Part shown: piece by piece, positions 10,901-24,433 of the stretch
Layout of the letters: every line of letters begins with the position of its first letter
How positions within the stretch are numbered: position 1 is the stretch's first letter
Made by a program: the position numbers and the translations under genes
The notes under the pieces: model-generated
Database searches by the model: none
Told to the model about the DNA's origin: nothing
Seen by the model: only the letters and a program-made list of their open reading frames with translations
Source: Octopus bimaculoides
Lineage: Eukaryota
Assembly: GCF_001194135.2 (NCBI RefSeq)
Contig: NC_068986.1
Coordinates: 754,006 to 818,005 of the forward strand
Direction: 5' to 3'
Length of the DNA stretch: 64,000 nt

Positions 10901-12774
10901 ATAGTACCAGGGTAGTGTCATGTTCTTTAACAAAGATGAAAGTGTTCTCACAACCCCACACTTTACAAAGTGTAGTAGATTCATTTTTTGTGACTAGACC
11001 AGTACTAGAGAGGAGGGTCCCATTATAGTCATGACTAATGGAATCTCACAGCCTCACATTTCTGTTCATTCATCAGACTTTTTACTGAGAAGTACAAGTG
11101 TGATACAAGGAAAACAAAAAAGTAGTAGCAATTATTACCAACACTGGGGAGGGGAGATAATTTCAGGAAATTAAGAATAATTCCATGGTTGTATTAACTT
11201 ACATAGGAACAAAAAGGACAATCTGATCTTATTTTTACTGGCAGGGGACAACCATGGACACAGGTTTTGCCTTCATTTTGACCTCATCAGCATAGCAGTG
11301 TCTTTCTTGAACAGATATAACAATCTAACATTTACAAAAAGGGTTTAGTATTCATTGTGTCATTTTTGCAATTGTTTGAAAGATGTACACATCTACTTGT
11401 ATGTCCAAAGTTTTGCCCTTCTTCTTCGTTCACCTGGCATCTTCAGTTTCTCACACTCTCACACCACTTCTTTTACTTGGCTAGCTTCAGCCCACCACCA
11501 AATCAATCCCTTAATTTAAGTTTTAGTCCTAACTTCCTCTCTCTCAGATGCAGATTAAAATCCAGGAAATATCCATATTCTAAAATCTGTACAACAACTA
11601 AACTTTGACTTTGTATTGATTGATGTTCCCTGACACAAACCAAACACTAGTTTCCTTGGACTCAATATTATTTCAATATTATATCAATGAAAAACCATCA
11701 TCATCATCATCATCATCATTTTTGTGTCTGTTTTCCCATGTTTGCATAAGTTGTAGGGGTCTTTCTCCAACACACTTCCCTGCTGTTTGTTGCATTCCTT
11801 TGTCTTTGTAAGGATATGCTAATGATCTTACCCTCGTACTTACATCAATTCATTTCTACTAAATATGTTAATACCAGAAATATTAAACTGTAAATCACCT
11901 CTATAAAGATATTTTACTGTTTTTATTCTATAAATTAACTCTGTAGGCACAGTATGGCTAAATAATTTGATCTCGCTACAAGGCATCTTAATAACAGCAT
12001 TTTCAATAGTTTCAGTTTGATCCATTCTATGAGTAAAAATTGGATACACAGAAGCCCATTGTATGAATTGTACCTGTATACTTTGTTACACTCTGCCACT
12101 TCAATTCTACCTGTGAGTTATGTTAAAGCTATACATGTCCGTTGAATACTCAGCCACTAATACACAGAGCCTGGAGTTCAGCTGATTGAACAATTGTATC
12201 TTTGTCAAATGACATAGATCCACCACCACAATCAACTTCATTAGTTGGAAAGGTGTTGCCAATCTCATTATTATTATTATAGTATAACTTTTGGAATTAC
12301 CAATACAGGAAAATTTATTCAGTCCATAGTGGGGAAAAGGAAAATGTAAAACAGTACAAAAATCACTCAGTTCTATTCTTTTCTTCAAACAAAATTCATG
12401 TTTCTCCTTCCCAGAATTCACTATTAGCAAGTGATGAAAAAAAGGAAGAAAATATATCAATTATTATTCATGTTTTAAAGCTGAAGTTGGATTTTGATCC
12501 CTATCACTGGAATTTTAATGTGTCTGAAATAGCCATGTCATTATTTTCATTGCTTAAGCCTGATCAATAATAGATACTACGTTTTTGGTGATTGTTTAGT
12601 TGGGGCAAAGAACATCTAGTTGTAAATAATTTTTACCAATAAGATATACAAATGTTTGAATGTACAGGTCTATTCAATGTGTATAGATTGATGTAGAAAA
12701 ATGTGTGTGAAAAACATTGAAATGGAAGAAGGGAGCTGAAATTTATAATTTATTGAGAGGCATAAATATAAGCA

Positions 12775-12935
12775 GAGGCAATGCTGTATGGCTAAGAATC
12801 CTGCTTTGCAACTACATTGTGTCAGGCTCAGTCCCACTGCAGAGTTCCTTGGGCGTGTGTCTGCTACTATAGTCCCTGATTGACCAATGCCTTGTGAGTG
12901 TATTTGGTAGATGGAAGCTATGAGGAAGCTTGTCA
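12775..12935 (+). mobile_element. tRNA/CORE SINE, old copy
   Basis: TGCTGTATGGCTAAGAATCC...CAGTCCCACTG...CCTTGGGCGTGTGTCTGCTACTATAG...GCCTTGTGAGTGTATTTGGTAGATGGAAGC. Confidence 0.8.
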
Positions 12936-13729
12936 TTGTGTGTGTGTGTGTGTGTGGAATAGTTATCGCTAGAATGCCTTATGACTACTCAGTGAGGACT
13001 GATTTGTGGGGTTATATACACTAACTAACACAATGATTGTTACAGTAAAAAAGAAAACAAAAAAGAACCCATAGCTGTCACTCATAAACAAGTATGACCT
13101 AATAGCTTATAATATGATGTTTTCACTAATTGTTTTAGGTGACTCTATAATTGCCATCTGGCATAGACATCCTCTCAGCCCTCTCACTATCAGTAGAACA
13201 TTTAGGATATGACAGTGGAGAGAGAAAGGGCTGGAACAATGTAAAATGGAGTGTCTTGCTCAAAGACACAGTTACTACCTACTCTAGGAATTGAACTCAT
13301 GATTTTAGTCATGAGCCCTCTGCTCTAACAACTGCATTCATGTAGTAATTAGGGTAATATTACAAGAATTATATCATTATTATATACCATTCTACAGAGA
13401 TGTGATTTATTCTTTATTTTTAATTTCTTCACTTATATAGATTAAACCTGGTGGCTAAATATTTTTAATATTTTCTTTGGAATTTTTTAAGTTCTTCATT
13501 AAACAGAAATTATTATTGCTCAAAGTATTGAATACTGGTTGGAAAAAACTCAGATAATTTCATAAATTGGGAAACACTTTGATTTTTATATGAATTATCA
13601 ATGTAATGTAGTGAAATGAATGAATTATTCTTTAGCTTCCTAGCTACACAACATAGAATTGTTTCTGTGTTTTGATAGTTGTTTATGTTAGAAAAATCAT
13701 TTCATAAAATATTTGAGAAAGTCTTTCAA

Positions 13730-13900
13730 CTGGCAGAATTGTTATAGCGCCAGTGAAAATGCTTGGCATCTCTTCCAGACTCTTTACATTTGAATTCAAA
13801 TGTCACCAAGGTCTACTTTGCTTTTCAAAACGTTCATGGTCAATAAAATAGGTACTATTTGAACATTGAGGGGGCAATGTAATTGACTATCCCCCCTACT
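13730..13900 (+). mobile_element. second tRNA-derived SINE family (related copies near 9160-9320, 20320-20470, 22020-22190, 37190-37260)
   Basis: TGGCAGAATTGTTATAGCG...GAATTCAAATGTCACCAAGGTCTACTTTGCTTTTCA...GGTCAATAAAATAGGTAC recurs in diverged form. Confidence 0.65.
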
Positions 13901-14563
13901 CTCAAAATCACTGGTCTTCTGTCAAAATTAGAATTATTTTCAATTATTCCTTACACAAACATAAAACTCATATTTATATATTAAACTTTTCAAAAGTCAT
14001 TAATAATGTTAGGAAAGAAAAATGGTATCAATCTGAAATTGATTTTGGTTCTGGTCTGCATGTAAAATCTTACTTCTTCCTCTGCTGTGCTTGATATGAG
14101 AAAACAAAAAAAAAAAATAGCCATCTATACATGACGTTGACATGTACATGTCCAGTTATCCTGTTTTAATTGTATGAGGTATCTGGAAATAGTGCTTGAT
14201 ATTGGGCTTCCATAATTTTTAAGTAACCTAAGTCAATAGGCATTGAATTGTTTAGGAAAATTTAATTTACCTGGAAGCTGTGAGAAATCTTCTGCTAGCA
14301 TCCTGAACATGGACACATCCAAAAAGTCATCTCTTTTGCTGCAGGAAATAAAAATTAAAAGAAAAAATGCTTTATTCCTTAACCATTCATATAATCTAAA
14401 AGGAAATTTGTATCCACTAATCTTAAACGAGATTTTTTTCGTATAGTCTTTTCTACATTTCATTATTAAAGATCTATCGTCGTATTTTAAAATTTACTCT
14501 CATTTCCTATTTTTAAAGAACTTCTTACCGTTCTCATCTTACTGATAACATTTTTACTGATTG

Positions 14564-14605
<42 letters not shown>

Positions 14606-14743
14606 GCTTATCCTCTTTTTTTCCTCCCCATTTTTGCATGTTTTGATGTGACTTTTCGCTTGTCTTCTCTTGACAGGTTGCGTCTCACTTGCCTAAAATA
14701 AAGCCGGAGACTATAGCATCTCATTAACTACTACACTGCCATT

Positions 14744-14836
14744 ATGATGGTCTGTCGACAAATTATTTTCTCTGTCTTCTCTGAATCTTCAACAACTCCT
14801 TATGGACATTTCCATATTACTCTAGATCACCACTAG
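14744..14836 (+). other. candidate upstream ORF (MMVCRQIIFSVFSESSTTPYGHFHITLDHH*) in the putative 5'UTR
   Basis: ATG at 14744 and TAG at 14834-14836, downstream of the 14677 acceptor and upstream of the main ATG at 15281. Confidence 0.35.
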
Positions 14837-15280
14837 GTGGAACTACAAACTCACGAATTATCTCCCTTGGCATTTTCCTGTTGCCTTTATTAAATCTCTT
14901 TAATTTAAAAAAAAAAAATGAAAAAGATGTAAACTTCAACATATTTCCAAATTTTGACTGAAAAAAATGGGAAGATTCATCTAACATTTACCATGATATA
15001 TTTACAAATGCATACAAATGGAAATAATTTGAAATTAAAATTTGGAACAAATTAAATAAAACGTCAAACAAGAAAAAAAAACAACCTGAAAACCTCCCGA
15101 TTTCCCCAGTTTACACTCACCCCTGTCACATTTTAATTCCATGGGACTGATTTTTCACTGATTATTTTTGAAGTCTCGATTCAAAATCAGACTGAACCAA
15201 CAGAAAAAAAGAAAAAAAGAAGTAAAAACACAAACAAACAAAATCCTGATTTGTTTAGAGTCATTGTCTCTTTGATTAAG

Positions 15281-15407
15281 ATGTCTTCTTATAATTCTTG
15301 TGCTACATATACTCTTTTACAATCGTCTTTCCGATATGCAAAACCTCAATTACCGCTTGGGTCTTTCAATCATCAGAACTTTAATCATTCTTCAAACTAT
15401 TCAACTG
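15281..15407 (+). CDS. HLF/TEF: PAR-bZIP factor, probable first coding exon (MSSYNSCATYTLLQSS...NYST); alternative in-frame donor at 15599
   Basis: Long ORF in the CpG-rich block. Phase-1 donors TG|GTCAGT (15407) and AG|GTAGGT (15599) both join in frame to the phase-1 acceptor at 24434. N-terminal homology is weak, so this exon is inferred. Confidence 0.55.
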
Positions 15408-16127
15408 GTCAGTCGGCCATTCCGTCATCGATCTCAAAGTCTTTACCCCCAACCGCAAGCAGCAATAATGGCAATAACCACACATTTAACTGGCATTACC
15501 CGGTAAAGACGGACGGGACAGTCGCTCGGAGGAACTGCATGAGAGAGTCCCTTAATAGACATGGTACTACCTGCTATCCTGGGATTCGATCAACTATAGG
15601 TAGGTTCAACCACATAAAGGCCAATGTTAGTGCACCAAACTTTCAGAATATTGTCTTATCATCCAAACCCCATCTGTGTAGTAGCATCTACTTCCTATCA
15701 TTTGTCTCTCTCTTTTAATTTATAATGAAGATAAATTTTCAGCTCTAACTCTTCCCTGATGTTCACTTGATGCTCACTGCTGACTTCCAACACATTTAGA
15801 AGATAGACTGATGTCCTTTTTGTATAGCTGTCTTTAATAGCATGTCTATCCACTACTGTAATGTTTACCAATCCATACCAAACCTCAGTAATCTATCGTC
15901 AATTCTATGTGTAGCTCTGTAAGCTGTATTGTTTCAATGTCAGTTATTCCATATAAAAAAAAAGAGAAACACATCAAAAAAGCAATAGTAATTGTCCAAA
16001 TTTTTGTTCTTTCATACCATGCACCACTGCATTTCCAAGAATCTATTTTTAATTTGCTTGTCATTGGGAGAAAACTATTTTGCAAATTCATGCACTTTGT
16101 TCTTCTGTTTTGTATATTTTCAAGTTT

Positions 16128-16162
<35 letters not shown>

Positions 16163-16864
16163 TTAATCAGTTCTATACAGTTTTATTATCAAAACAGCAG
16201 AGAATCTTTCAGAAATTCCACATCTGAATGTCAGTTAAACCATTTAGTTGCTTCAATTGGTCGTTGAAAACATGGTATTGTTTGATTTGTTGGATGGGTA
16301 AAAAAAAATTACCCAGAATTAGTGTTAAGAAGACTTTTTTATTGTGTCCCATCTTAATTACAACAACATATTTTTGTTAGGTTATTTACTTTGGTGTTGT
16401 TCTTGTTGTAGTTGTTTAACCCTGAGCCAGCTCTGATTGAGCAGACCTGTTATCAAAGGTGTTCCAGCCAGAACCATCCTGTCTTTTTAGAGTTATTTAG
16501 GACTGCAATATCCAATATATTCTTCCCCATTTTCAAGAGGGTAATGTGCAATTTGAAACAGATTTGTTTGCTATTTCTAGCATTTTCAAGTGACCTAGTA
16601 GTGGTTTACTCATTGGTTCATCTGTTTTGTTTTTTTATTTTATTTTTGCTGTTTGTAGTGCCAAATTAAGGATATACTTCATTAAGGATTACTGTAAATC
16701 CTCTTAGGTTGTAAGTCTGTAGAATTTTTCTTTAGATCTGCAAGCAATATGAAATGTTATATTCCTCTGTGGTCCTACATAAAAGACACTGTTGCCATGG
16801 GTGACTGAATGGTAACCAATAAATAAAATTTGATTGACAATAGGGTATATATTGAATATATTTT

Positions 16865-16992
16865 TGATGATGTTGATGATGATGAGTAGTAGGAGGAGGA
16901 GAAGGAGTTGATGATAACCAGTGTTGATGGTAGGTAAGGATGAGGATGAGGATGATGATGATGATGATGAGGATGATGATGATGATGATGGT
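16865..16992. repeat. (GAT/GAG)n trinucleotide low-complexity tract (intronic)
   Basis: GATGATGAT and GAGGAT runs. Confidence 0.9.
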
Positions 16993-17439
16993 AAGTAATA
17001 CTCATTTTTGTATTGGCTACTACCAAAAACTACACCTAGTGTAACTACATGATAAATAGTTTTAACAACAAAATGATTATACTGCTAAATCATTTGTACC
17101 AAAAGTTTGAGCTACTGTATCATTCGTACCAAAAAGAGTTGCCCTGTCAGTAGTCCAAAGGGGTACATCTGCCATGTCAATAATATTATCTAATGTGCTT
17201 CTTCCTTAATTAGTGTATCAGGATATAATTTGTGGGAGATTTTGGCTGTTATTTATAGCATGTCAGGTGACTATGTTGAGGCCTCCTCATCAGTTTTAAG
17301 TACTTCTAGTAGTGGCCATTATCATTTAACCCCAGGTCAGCCATGACTGAGCAGATCAAATGCATTTCAGCCATGACTATCCTCTTTATTTACCATGTTA
17401 GTGCGTGCATGTATGTACAGGGGAAATGTTTTGAATACA

Positions 17440-17765
17440 AGTAAAAGAAAATGACATTCAACACACTTGAATAACAGTTTGATTTGATTCCATGCATCTT
17501 TAAGTTTTGTAGGTTCATACATCAAACCTAACTCATAACGCCTGGCTCTGGGCCTGATGAATAAGGTTCAACGGATAAGCCTAGAAAACGTAAGTTGTAA
17601 GGAACCAAATCAAACTGTTATGAAATAAATCATATATATTTAAAGGCTCTGAGGAAGCTATAAAATGATACACAAGCACTCAGCTCTGAGTACATTGATT
17701 CTTATTGCAAAAACAGCTGTAAAACAATGAAGTTGGTTATGCGATTCCTGTCCCCTTGTCATTCA
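17440..17765 (+). mobile_element. dispersed repeat, possibly a Penelope-like 3' end/pLTR remnant
   Basis: Shares about 110 nt with 4265-4380; contains CCTGATGA...AGGTT-loop-AGCCT.AGAAAACGT, a degenerate hammerhead-like core. Family assignment is inference. Confidence 0.35.
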
Positions 17766-18409
17766 GTTAATTGATATGTATATATATATTTAACAACATC
17801 ATTATTTAGTGTGCCTTTCCTTCTTTGAGATGGCCATTGCTGTAAGTAGCATTAACAATATAATATTATATGAGCTTTTTATTGACTTGCAGAACTGGGG
17901 TTCAATTCCTTTCAGAGAAGAAACGTCACCAGATTCATCTAGTGTCCATTTCCTACACCAGAAACCATAGATAAGCACTGTTTGTGATTTAAAAAGGATT
18001 ATATTATTATTAGCCTCCTACAACATTGATGATGATGGTGGTGGATGCAGAATTTTTATGTATATGTCTATCCAAAGGTCATCATTGCTAATAAGGTGCT
18101 CTATCACTTCTAAACAGTTAATCTCATGGTTAATCTTGTATTACAAGATTTTGTGGTTATTTATATTGTGTGTGCACACGTGAGCATGTTTTTTTTTATT
18201 TTTTAAGTCTTATAGTACCATGTGAGGTAATGTATGTCAAATACATCAGTTGATCAGTAAGGAATTACAAAAAGGAACAAACGAGTTTGTTGATCAAGAT
18301 TGCAGGCAATTTTGTGATAAACAGCTGATTAACCTATTTGTGTGTCTACATTTCTCAACAAATACTCTGACATTCTCTCTCCAATATCGAAATAACAATA
18401 CTGAAGAGA

Positions 18410-18531
18410 GAGGGAAAGGGTAGGGGAGTAATCAGAGAAGCTGAGAGGGTAAGAATGTTGGTCAGAGAAGAGGAGTATTAGAGAGGGAGAGACAGAGAAA
18501 GCAAACTGGTCACAGGAGAAGATAAGGGTGT

Positions 18532-18562
<31 letters not shown>

Positions 18563-18830
18563 GATAAAAATGTTGGTGAGAGAAGAGAGAGATACTAGAA
18601 AAGTAGGCAGTAAGGATATTGGTGAGATAGAGAGAATAAGAGTGGTATTGGAGAGTCAGGGAGGGAAAGAGGGTGAGTATGAGAAGAGAAATATTGGAGA
18701 AATAGAGAGGATAAAAAAAAGGTGGCTGGTCAGTGAAGAAGGCATTGGGAAGAGAGAGAGGGGGGAGAGGGGTGATAAGAGGAGAAGAGCATTTGGTAAA
18801 TGGAGATTAATAAAAATGAATACCAGACTG
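18410..18830. repeat. GA-rich low-complexity region including (GA)n
   Basis: Purine-rich AGAG and GGAG runs. Confidence 0.85.
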
Positions 18831-19023
18831 GAATAAGTACTGTAATTGATATGGTTGACTGAAGTCTTTGAAGATGATCCTCCAGCATGGCTACAGTTCA
18901 ATGATTTAAACAGTGAAGGAATAAAAGAAAACTAAATAAAGCCCTTCACTTTTGGTGTTTCAACTTGCAGTCTACTGTGGGGGTCTTGCTCTGCTCATTA
19001 CCATGCATTATTTAGCCATGTGG

Positions 19024-19033
19024 GTTACATAAC
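19024..19033. promoter_or_regulatory. perfect D-box (PAR-bZIP consensus RTTAYGTAAY)
   Basis: GTTACATAAC, reverse complement GTTATGTAAC, in intron 1. Confidence 0.4.
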
Positions 19034-22000
19034 TTGTTGAGGAGCAGGGGTCATGCTGTACTCTTTATATATGCAATGTTTATCTTGCTGGGGTACCTTA
19101 AGTCCATTTTAGGGCCTTGTTGGACTTGTTATCATGCAGTGTTTAGTCATGGGACGGAGGGTTTAGACACAAGTGTATTGCAGTCGTTGCTGTACCCTTT
19201 CTCGTACAGTATTTAGCTATTTGGGGTTCATGGTATCAATCAGGATATATTACATATATCTTTTGTATTCCATATACTCTTGAATAATGGAAGCAGGCTG
19301 TAATAGCGAATGTAGGCAAAATTATTGTTTAGTCTCAGCTCAGCCGTGATTGAACAAGTCTTCAAGTGAAAAGAATTCCAGTTGTAAACCACTTGTCATT
19401 TTGTACAGAGTTGAGCAGAAATCATTTTGTATTGGGATTTCTCTCTAAATAAATAAATAAAATACAATTTTTATCCTGTATTTTGGTTGTGTATTTCTCC
19501 ATGATTAATAGTAAAAAAGAAATCTCTCAGATTTCCATGAAATGCTTCTTACCAAAACAAAGTAAAATAAATTATAATTAAAAGTCATCTACCATATTTA
19601 CTTGAGTACAGTGCAGTCTCTAATAGAAAGCAACCCAACACCCGTTTTTGGTACCTAAGTCTCATTAACATAAATGTGTGTGTGTGTGTGTGTCAAACCC
19701 ATGCCAGTATGGAACACAGTTGCTAAATGATGATGATGATGATGATGATACACACATACACACTCTCATGTATATACATACACACATACCATTTCATTGT
19801 TTTAATGATCGTTTTACCATGCAGGTTAGACAGAATTTGTTGAAGTGAATTTTCAGTTGCTAGATGCCCTAGATATATACATACATATATACACACACAC
19901 ACACATATATATATACACATATATTACACTTACACTCTAGTATCATGCTGCTTTCTCCTAATTGTTTTGGCTTTGATGTTTTTTTTATTAAATTTCTTGC
20001 AGTAAACATGAGCGAATGGAGTATTTTCTTTTTATTAAATTGGAAAGTGACTTTTGCACATTCTTCTGCATCAAAGACTACATTGTCTAATGTGTCTTTC
20101 TGTTGTGAAAATAATAGATTGTGATTTGTGTGAATTTTGCAGCTCTTTTTAGCATGTCAGACACGACCATATATAGGTTTCTTTGTTAGTTTGTGGACAG
20201 GATGAAGTCACTTAATACACGGAAATTTTGACTGGTTGGGATTAACTACAGGTGACTGACTGCCAGGTGTATTTATTTTGGATTAACTGCAGGTTAATGA
20301 CCACCAAATATAAGTATAATGGTGGCAGAGTCTGTAGAGTAGTCAACAGAATATTTTGCTGTATTTAGTCTCATTGCTTTACTATCTGAGTTCAAATCCC
20401 ACCAATGTGGACTTTGTTTTTCAATCCTTCCAGGGGTCATAAAATAAAATACTAATCAAATACTGGGGACTTGAGCCTCAGAAAACATTGATAATGATAA
20501 TTAATGGTGCTAGTAATATTATAAGACTGTTATTTGGTCTTAGTATTGAAAACATTTAACATTGTGTTAATATTTTATTTTTTTGTTTGAAGAGAAGTGT
20601 GTGTTTGATTTCTATGTCCAGCTGTAAACATTTTGAATACTTTTTTTTGTTTTTTGTAATCTTATTCTCCTCTGAAGACTGGTTGGTTTTCTGCCTTTTG
20701 TGTGACTCACTTCACTGCTATAAATATGTGATGTATGAAGAATGATAGATGAGTGAAGAAATATTACACAATGCTGGACCTTATAAAGAAGATGAAAAGA
20801 CCATCACAAGTGGTGCACTGGAAAAGTGGACATAAAATAGAATTGTTATGATATTGATGATGATGATGAAGGTGGCAGCGGGACTCCATTATAAACGCTG
20901 CCTTCTGAGAAAAATTTTGTTTTGAGTTATGCATTTACTGTAAAAACTTTATTTCTTTTGTTTTGGTTTGGCCTGTGTGAAGGGTTATGCTTTTGATGTT
21001 TGCAGGCCTTGTTTAGTTAGTTCAAACCATTATTGTTTCAAGTGTATTGGTGCACCAATGATATCAGTTTCATCTTGTAGTCCTTATCATTAGGTATATG
21101 AAGTTGATGTGTGTGCGCATGCATGCCTTAGCCTGAGAGAGAAGGGTTGTAGCCATGACAGTTTTAAGGGAATCTGGGGTGAAGATTATCCCCAGACCAG
21201 AGAGCTGCTCATAATGCTTCAGTTAGAGTTTACTCCACTGAAGACATCTAGGATAATGGTGTTAAACCAGGAAATGCATTAAATCTACCCCACAAGAACA
21301 GAATCAGTCCTGCAAACATGCTTCCACAAGGTTTCACAAGGCTTTGGTCAATCTGAGGCTGTGTAGGAATTGTGCCTCAGGTGATCAGAGCCGAAACTTT
21401 GAAATTAAAGATGTAATTGTGGTGTATGTTACTTTGGATATAACATAATTTGGCCATTGTAAGAGTTTTATTAGAATAGATGGAGTAATACTAGAATTGT
21501 TGTGATGGCTTCAGAGAAGGAGAGAGGGGGGGTAACATTGAGATGGTAAAATGCCAGTTGATTTGAATCCTGAATGAGAGAAGGATTAAACCTGCATTTG
21601 TATTTGGGGAGGAGTTGAAATACTAAATTAAGACAAGAAATGAACTTCTTGATATTTGCAATTACTTTGATATGATCACCTGGATTTTGATGATGTGTAT
21701 GCATTCATGCTTCCACATAAAAAAAAAGAATAAAATCAGATTATACATGTGAAAATATATCAAAAGGGTTAAACAGTAGAAATAATGAATGAGAAGGGGA
21801 ATTAGAAGGGGAATGAGAAGGGGAATTAGAAAAGAATGGGAAAGACAATGTGTGAGTGAGATTTGTTATTCTTTGAAAATGTTTAATAGAAACCACAGTA
21901 CCAGCGGTAGGGAGTTAGTATTTAAATCACTATACAGGTAACAACATGGCTGCAGAGAATAGGATGCATACCCCCCCCCCCCCATTCTTTGTGGCATGGG

Positions 22001-22371
22001 ATATGTAGGTAGTAGCTGTCTGTGGTTTTTGAGTTTGAATCCCATCAAAATTCACTTAGCCTTTCATTACTTTAAGGGTAACTAAAGTAAAAGACCAGAC
22101 TGTTGGGTTGATGAAATTGTTAGAGGAATGGGTTAAATGCCTTTTGGTATTTCTATGGCTCTTTGCATTGTGTCCTTGGGATGGTAGACATAATTTGTCA
22201 CTCACTGCTTAGCCCTTGCGTACTTTTAGTGGAGTTTACTCTGTTGTAAGCATTTGAGCCAGATCTCCAGTGAAAGGATAACTTCCTACTCTCCTCCCAT
22301 GAAACTGAGGACCATTTAAAAATCATAAAGGGTCATAAGCACTGCTCTTCCCCCCCCCCAAAAAAAAAAAA

Positions 22372-22394
22372 ATTATGTAATATGTAACATAATA
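22372..22394. promoter_or_regulatory. D-box cluster
   Basis: ATTATGTAAT (perfect) overlapping AATATGTAAC and GTAACATAAT (one mismatch each). Confidence 0.4.
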
Positions 22395-23555
22395 GCACTA
22401 AGATGTTAGTACAGAATATTAACTCTTTGTAGACAAAACCTTATTGATGCTTCTACTCTAAAGAAAACTGGATCTAGGAGATGCCAAAACAGTAAGAATG
22501 CAGTTTTTTAAAAAATTTTGAATGAAATATCAGAATCTCAGACAATGAAAAAAGTATATAAATTCTTGAAAATATTTGGCTTTTTCTGGCCTAAAAATGG
22601 TGGTCAGTGGATTGTTCCAGTCATAGGTTAAGTAGCAGGGCCAGTTGATTTGTACTTTTATCTTTTAAACCATTTCTTCAAGTGAAAGTGGGTGGATAAA
22701 ATACAAGATTTCATATTATTTCAAGCTTTGTATAAATTTCTGGAACCATTTTGTCTGATTGAGCAGTGAGAACAGTAACACATCCTTAATAGCAGAGTGC
22801 TACAGAATTCATGACCATTTTAGCATGAGACTTTATCATATTCCTTAATTCTGTCACTATTGAAAGTTCACAGGATTGCAGGCTTAATCCATGGACCCAC
22901 TTTATTATTTGGCCCTTTGTGTGCTTGTAGTAGATCTTACTGTTATGAGATTTCAGGCCTTGCAGTTTGGGGATGACTCCTCCCTTTCTTCATTCCAATA
23001 ATCTACTCTAAACCACATTAAAAAATATATATAAAATAGATATTTGAGTTCAATATGATTTTTCTGTATTGAATTCATACAAGTTTTATTACCAAACTCA
23101 GTACTTTTCAAAATCTTTTATTAATGTCTTGTTTAAATTGATTGTTTTTCAGGTTTTCTGTATTCCAATAGAAAATTTAATTTTTGATTTAGACAAAGTG
23201 ACTGAACCTTAGTATAATCACCTGGCTGTATACATTTATTTGTCAGTACGAAGGGCATCAAGCTGTATTATCTAACAGTATTTAAATTAAGTTCATCCTT
23301 CTCTAGTCTCAGTTAAAATACCAGAGTATTAAACTGAATTTAGGTTCATCCTTTGGTGGTTTCGGTCAAAACTCACTGATTGATTTTCTTACAAAAGTAC
23401 CAATAACATACATGAATTTATTCAATCAACTTTATCCTCTCTCCTTAAAATCTTGGCCCGATATCTAATCAATAGAAATTAATATTTAAGAAGAAGGAGA
23501 AAGCTTCAGGTACAAAACCTACCATAACGTTTATGGCTCCTTGAAATATTTAAGT

Positions 23556-23565
23556 GTTATGTAAT
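23556..23565. promoter_or_regulatory. perfect D-box
   Basis: GTTATGTAAT in intron 1. Confidence 0.4.
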
Positions 23566-23674
23566 TTCTGATCTTGTGTTAATCAAGGCAAAAATGATGT
23601 ATGTTAAGATGTGATTAGTGTTCAGTTGTTATTAGTTTTTAATTAAAGCCATAATTAAAATTGGTTCTGAGACA

Positions 23675-23915
23675 CAGGAGTGGTTGTGTGGTTGAGAAGT
23701 TTGTTTCTTAACCATGGGTCTTTGGATCAATCCCACTGTGCAACACCTTGGGCAAGTGTCTTCTGCTATAGACCTGGATCATCCAGTATCTTGTGAGGAA
23801 ATTTGGTAGAAAGAAAGAGAAAGAAGCTCTGTATGCGTGAATGCTTCCAAGTGTCTTCTATAACCCTGGGCCATTCAATACCTTGTGAGAGAATTTGTTT
23901 GAAAGAAGCCCATCA
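23675..23915 (+). mobile_element. tRNA/CORE SINE with a partially duplicated 3' part
   Basis: GGAGTGGTTGTGTGGTTGAGAAG...ATCAATCCCACTGTG..CACCTTGGGCAAGTGTCTTCTGCTATAG... Confidence 0.85.
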
Positions 23916-24044
23916 TGTGTGTGTGGGTGTGTATTGAGTGTCTACAATCTGTACTGAGCTACAGCTACAAGCATTGACATCACTATTTTTAGATGGGTTG
24001 CTACCAGTGATGGTTGTTGACATTTCGTGTCAACTTTCAGCTCG

Positions 24045-24135
24045 TTGTTGGTGACAGGAAGATTATCCAGCTATAAAAATCCTGCCCCAAAAACCTCTTT
24101 GTCTAATCCATGCTAACATGGAAAATAGATGTTGA
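24045..24135 (+). mobile_element. RTE-tailed SINE 3' fragment
   Basis: GTTGGTGACAGGAAGATTATCCAGCTATAAAA...GTCTAATCCATGCTAACATGGAAAATAGATGTTGAAC. Confidence 0.7.
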
Positions 24136-24433
24136 ACAAACAAAATAGAAACCAACTTTTTGAAATAAGACCTGCTTTCACCTTTTGCAATACGTGCCAC
24201 TGGCAGGTCTTCAGTTCCATGATATAAAACTTCACCATAGTGCCATCAGTTTATTCTTGTATGTGTATTGAGCAGATTTTCTTTGATTACAAAAATTGGT
24301 TACAGTCATTCAACGTTATCCTTTGATGGTTAATTGTTAGAAGATACTTATTTCTGCTTATTTTTGTCTTTGATATCAAACTCTTTATCAATTCATTATG
24401 ATTTATTTATTCATTCTTTTGATTTATTTTCAG

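Larger units (their letters stand above)
14420..15600 (+). promoter_or_regulatory. CpG-retaining 5' region (promoter, 5'UTR, first coding exon) of the PAR-bZIP gene
   Basis: About 25 CpGs in 1.2 kb by hand count versus a strongly CpG-depleted background; (CT)n tract at 14567-14602; strong acceptor TTTCGCTTGTCTTCTCTTGACAG|G at 14676/14677. Confidence 0.55.

Noticed and set aside
16775-17026. His-rich minus-strand ORF
   Set aside because: Translation of an intronic (GAT)n tract with no convincing splice sites.
17554-17600. Functional hammerhead ribozyme
   Set aside because: Extra nucleotides in the core and no stem I or stem III closure; kept only as a possible fossil.
18177-18182. CACGTG E-boxes (also 4388 and 39040)
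   Set aside because: Arise at CA/TG microsatellite junctions or inside a SINE; not enriched.
18528-18836. Arg/Glu-rich 102-aa ORF
   Set aside because: GA-rich low-complexity DNA.
20744-20832. Short ORF MSEEILHNAGPYKEDEKTITSGALEKWT* as an alternative first exon
   Set aside because: Only a weak donor and no promoter-like context or homology.
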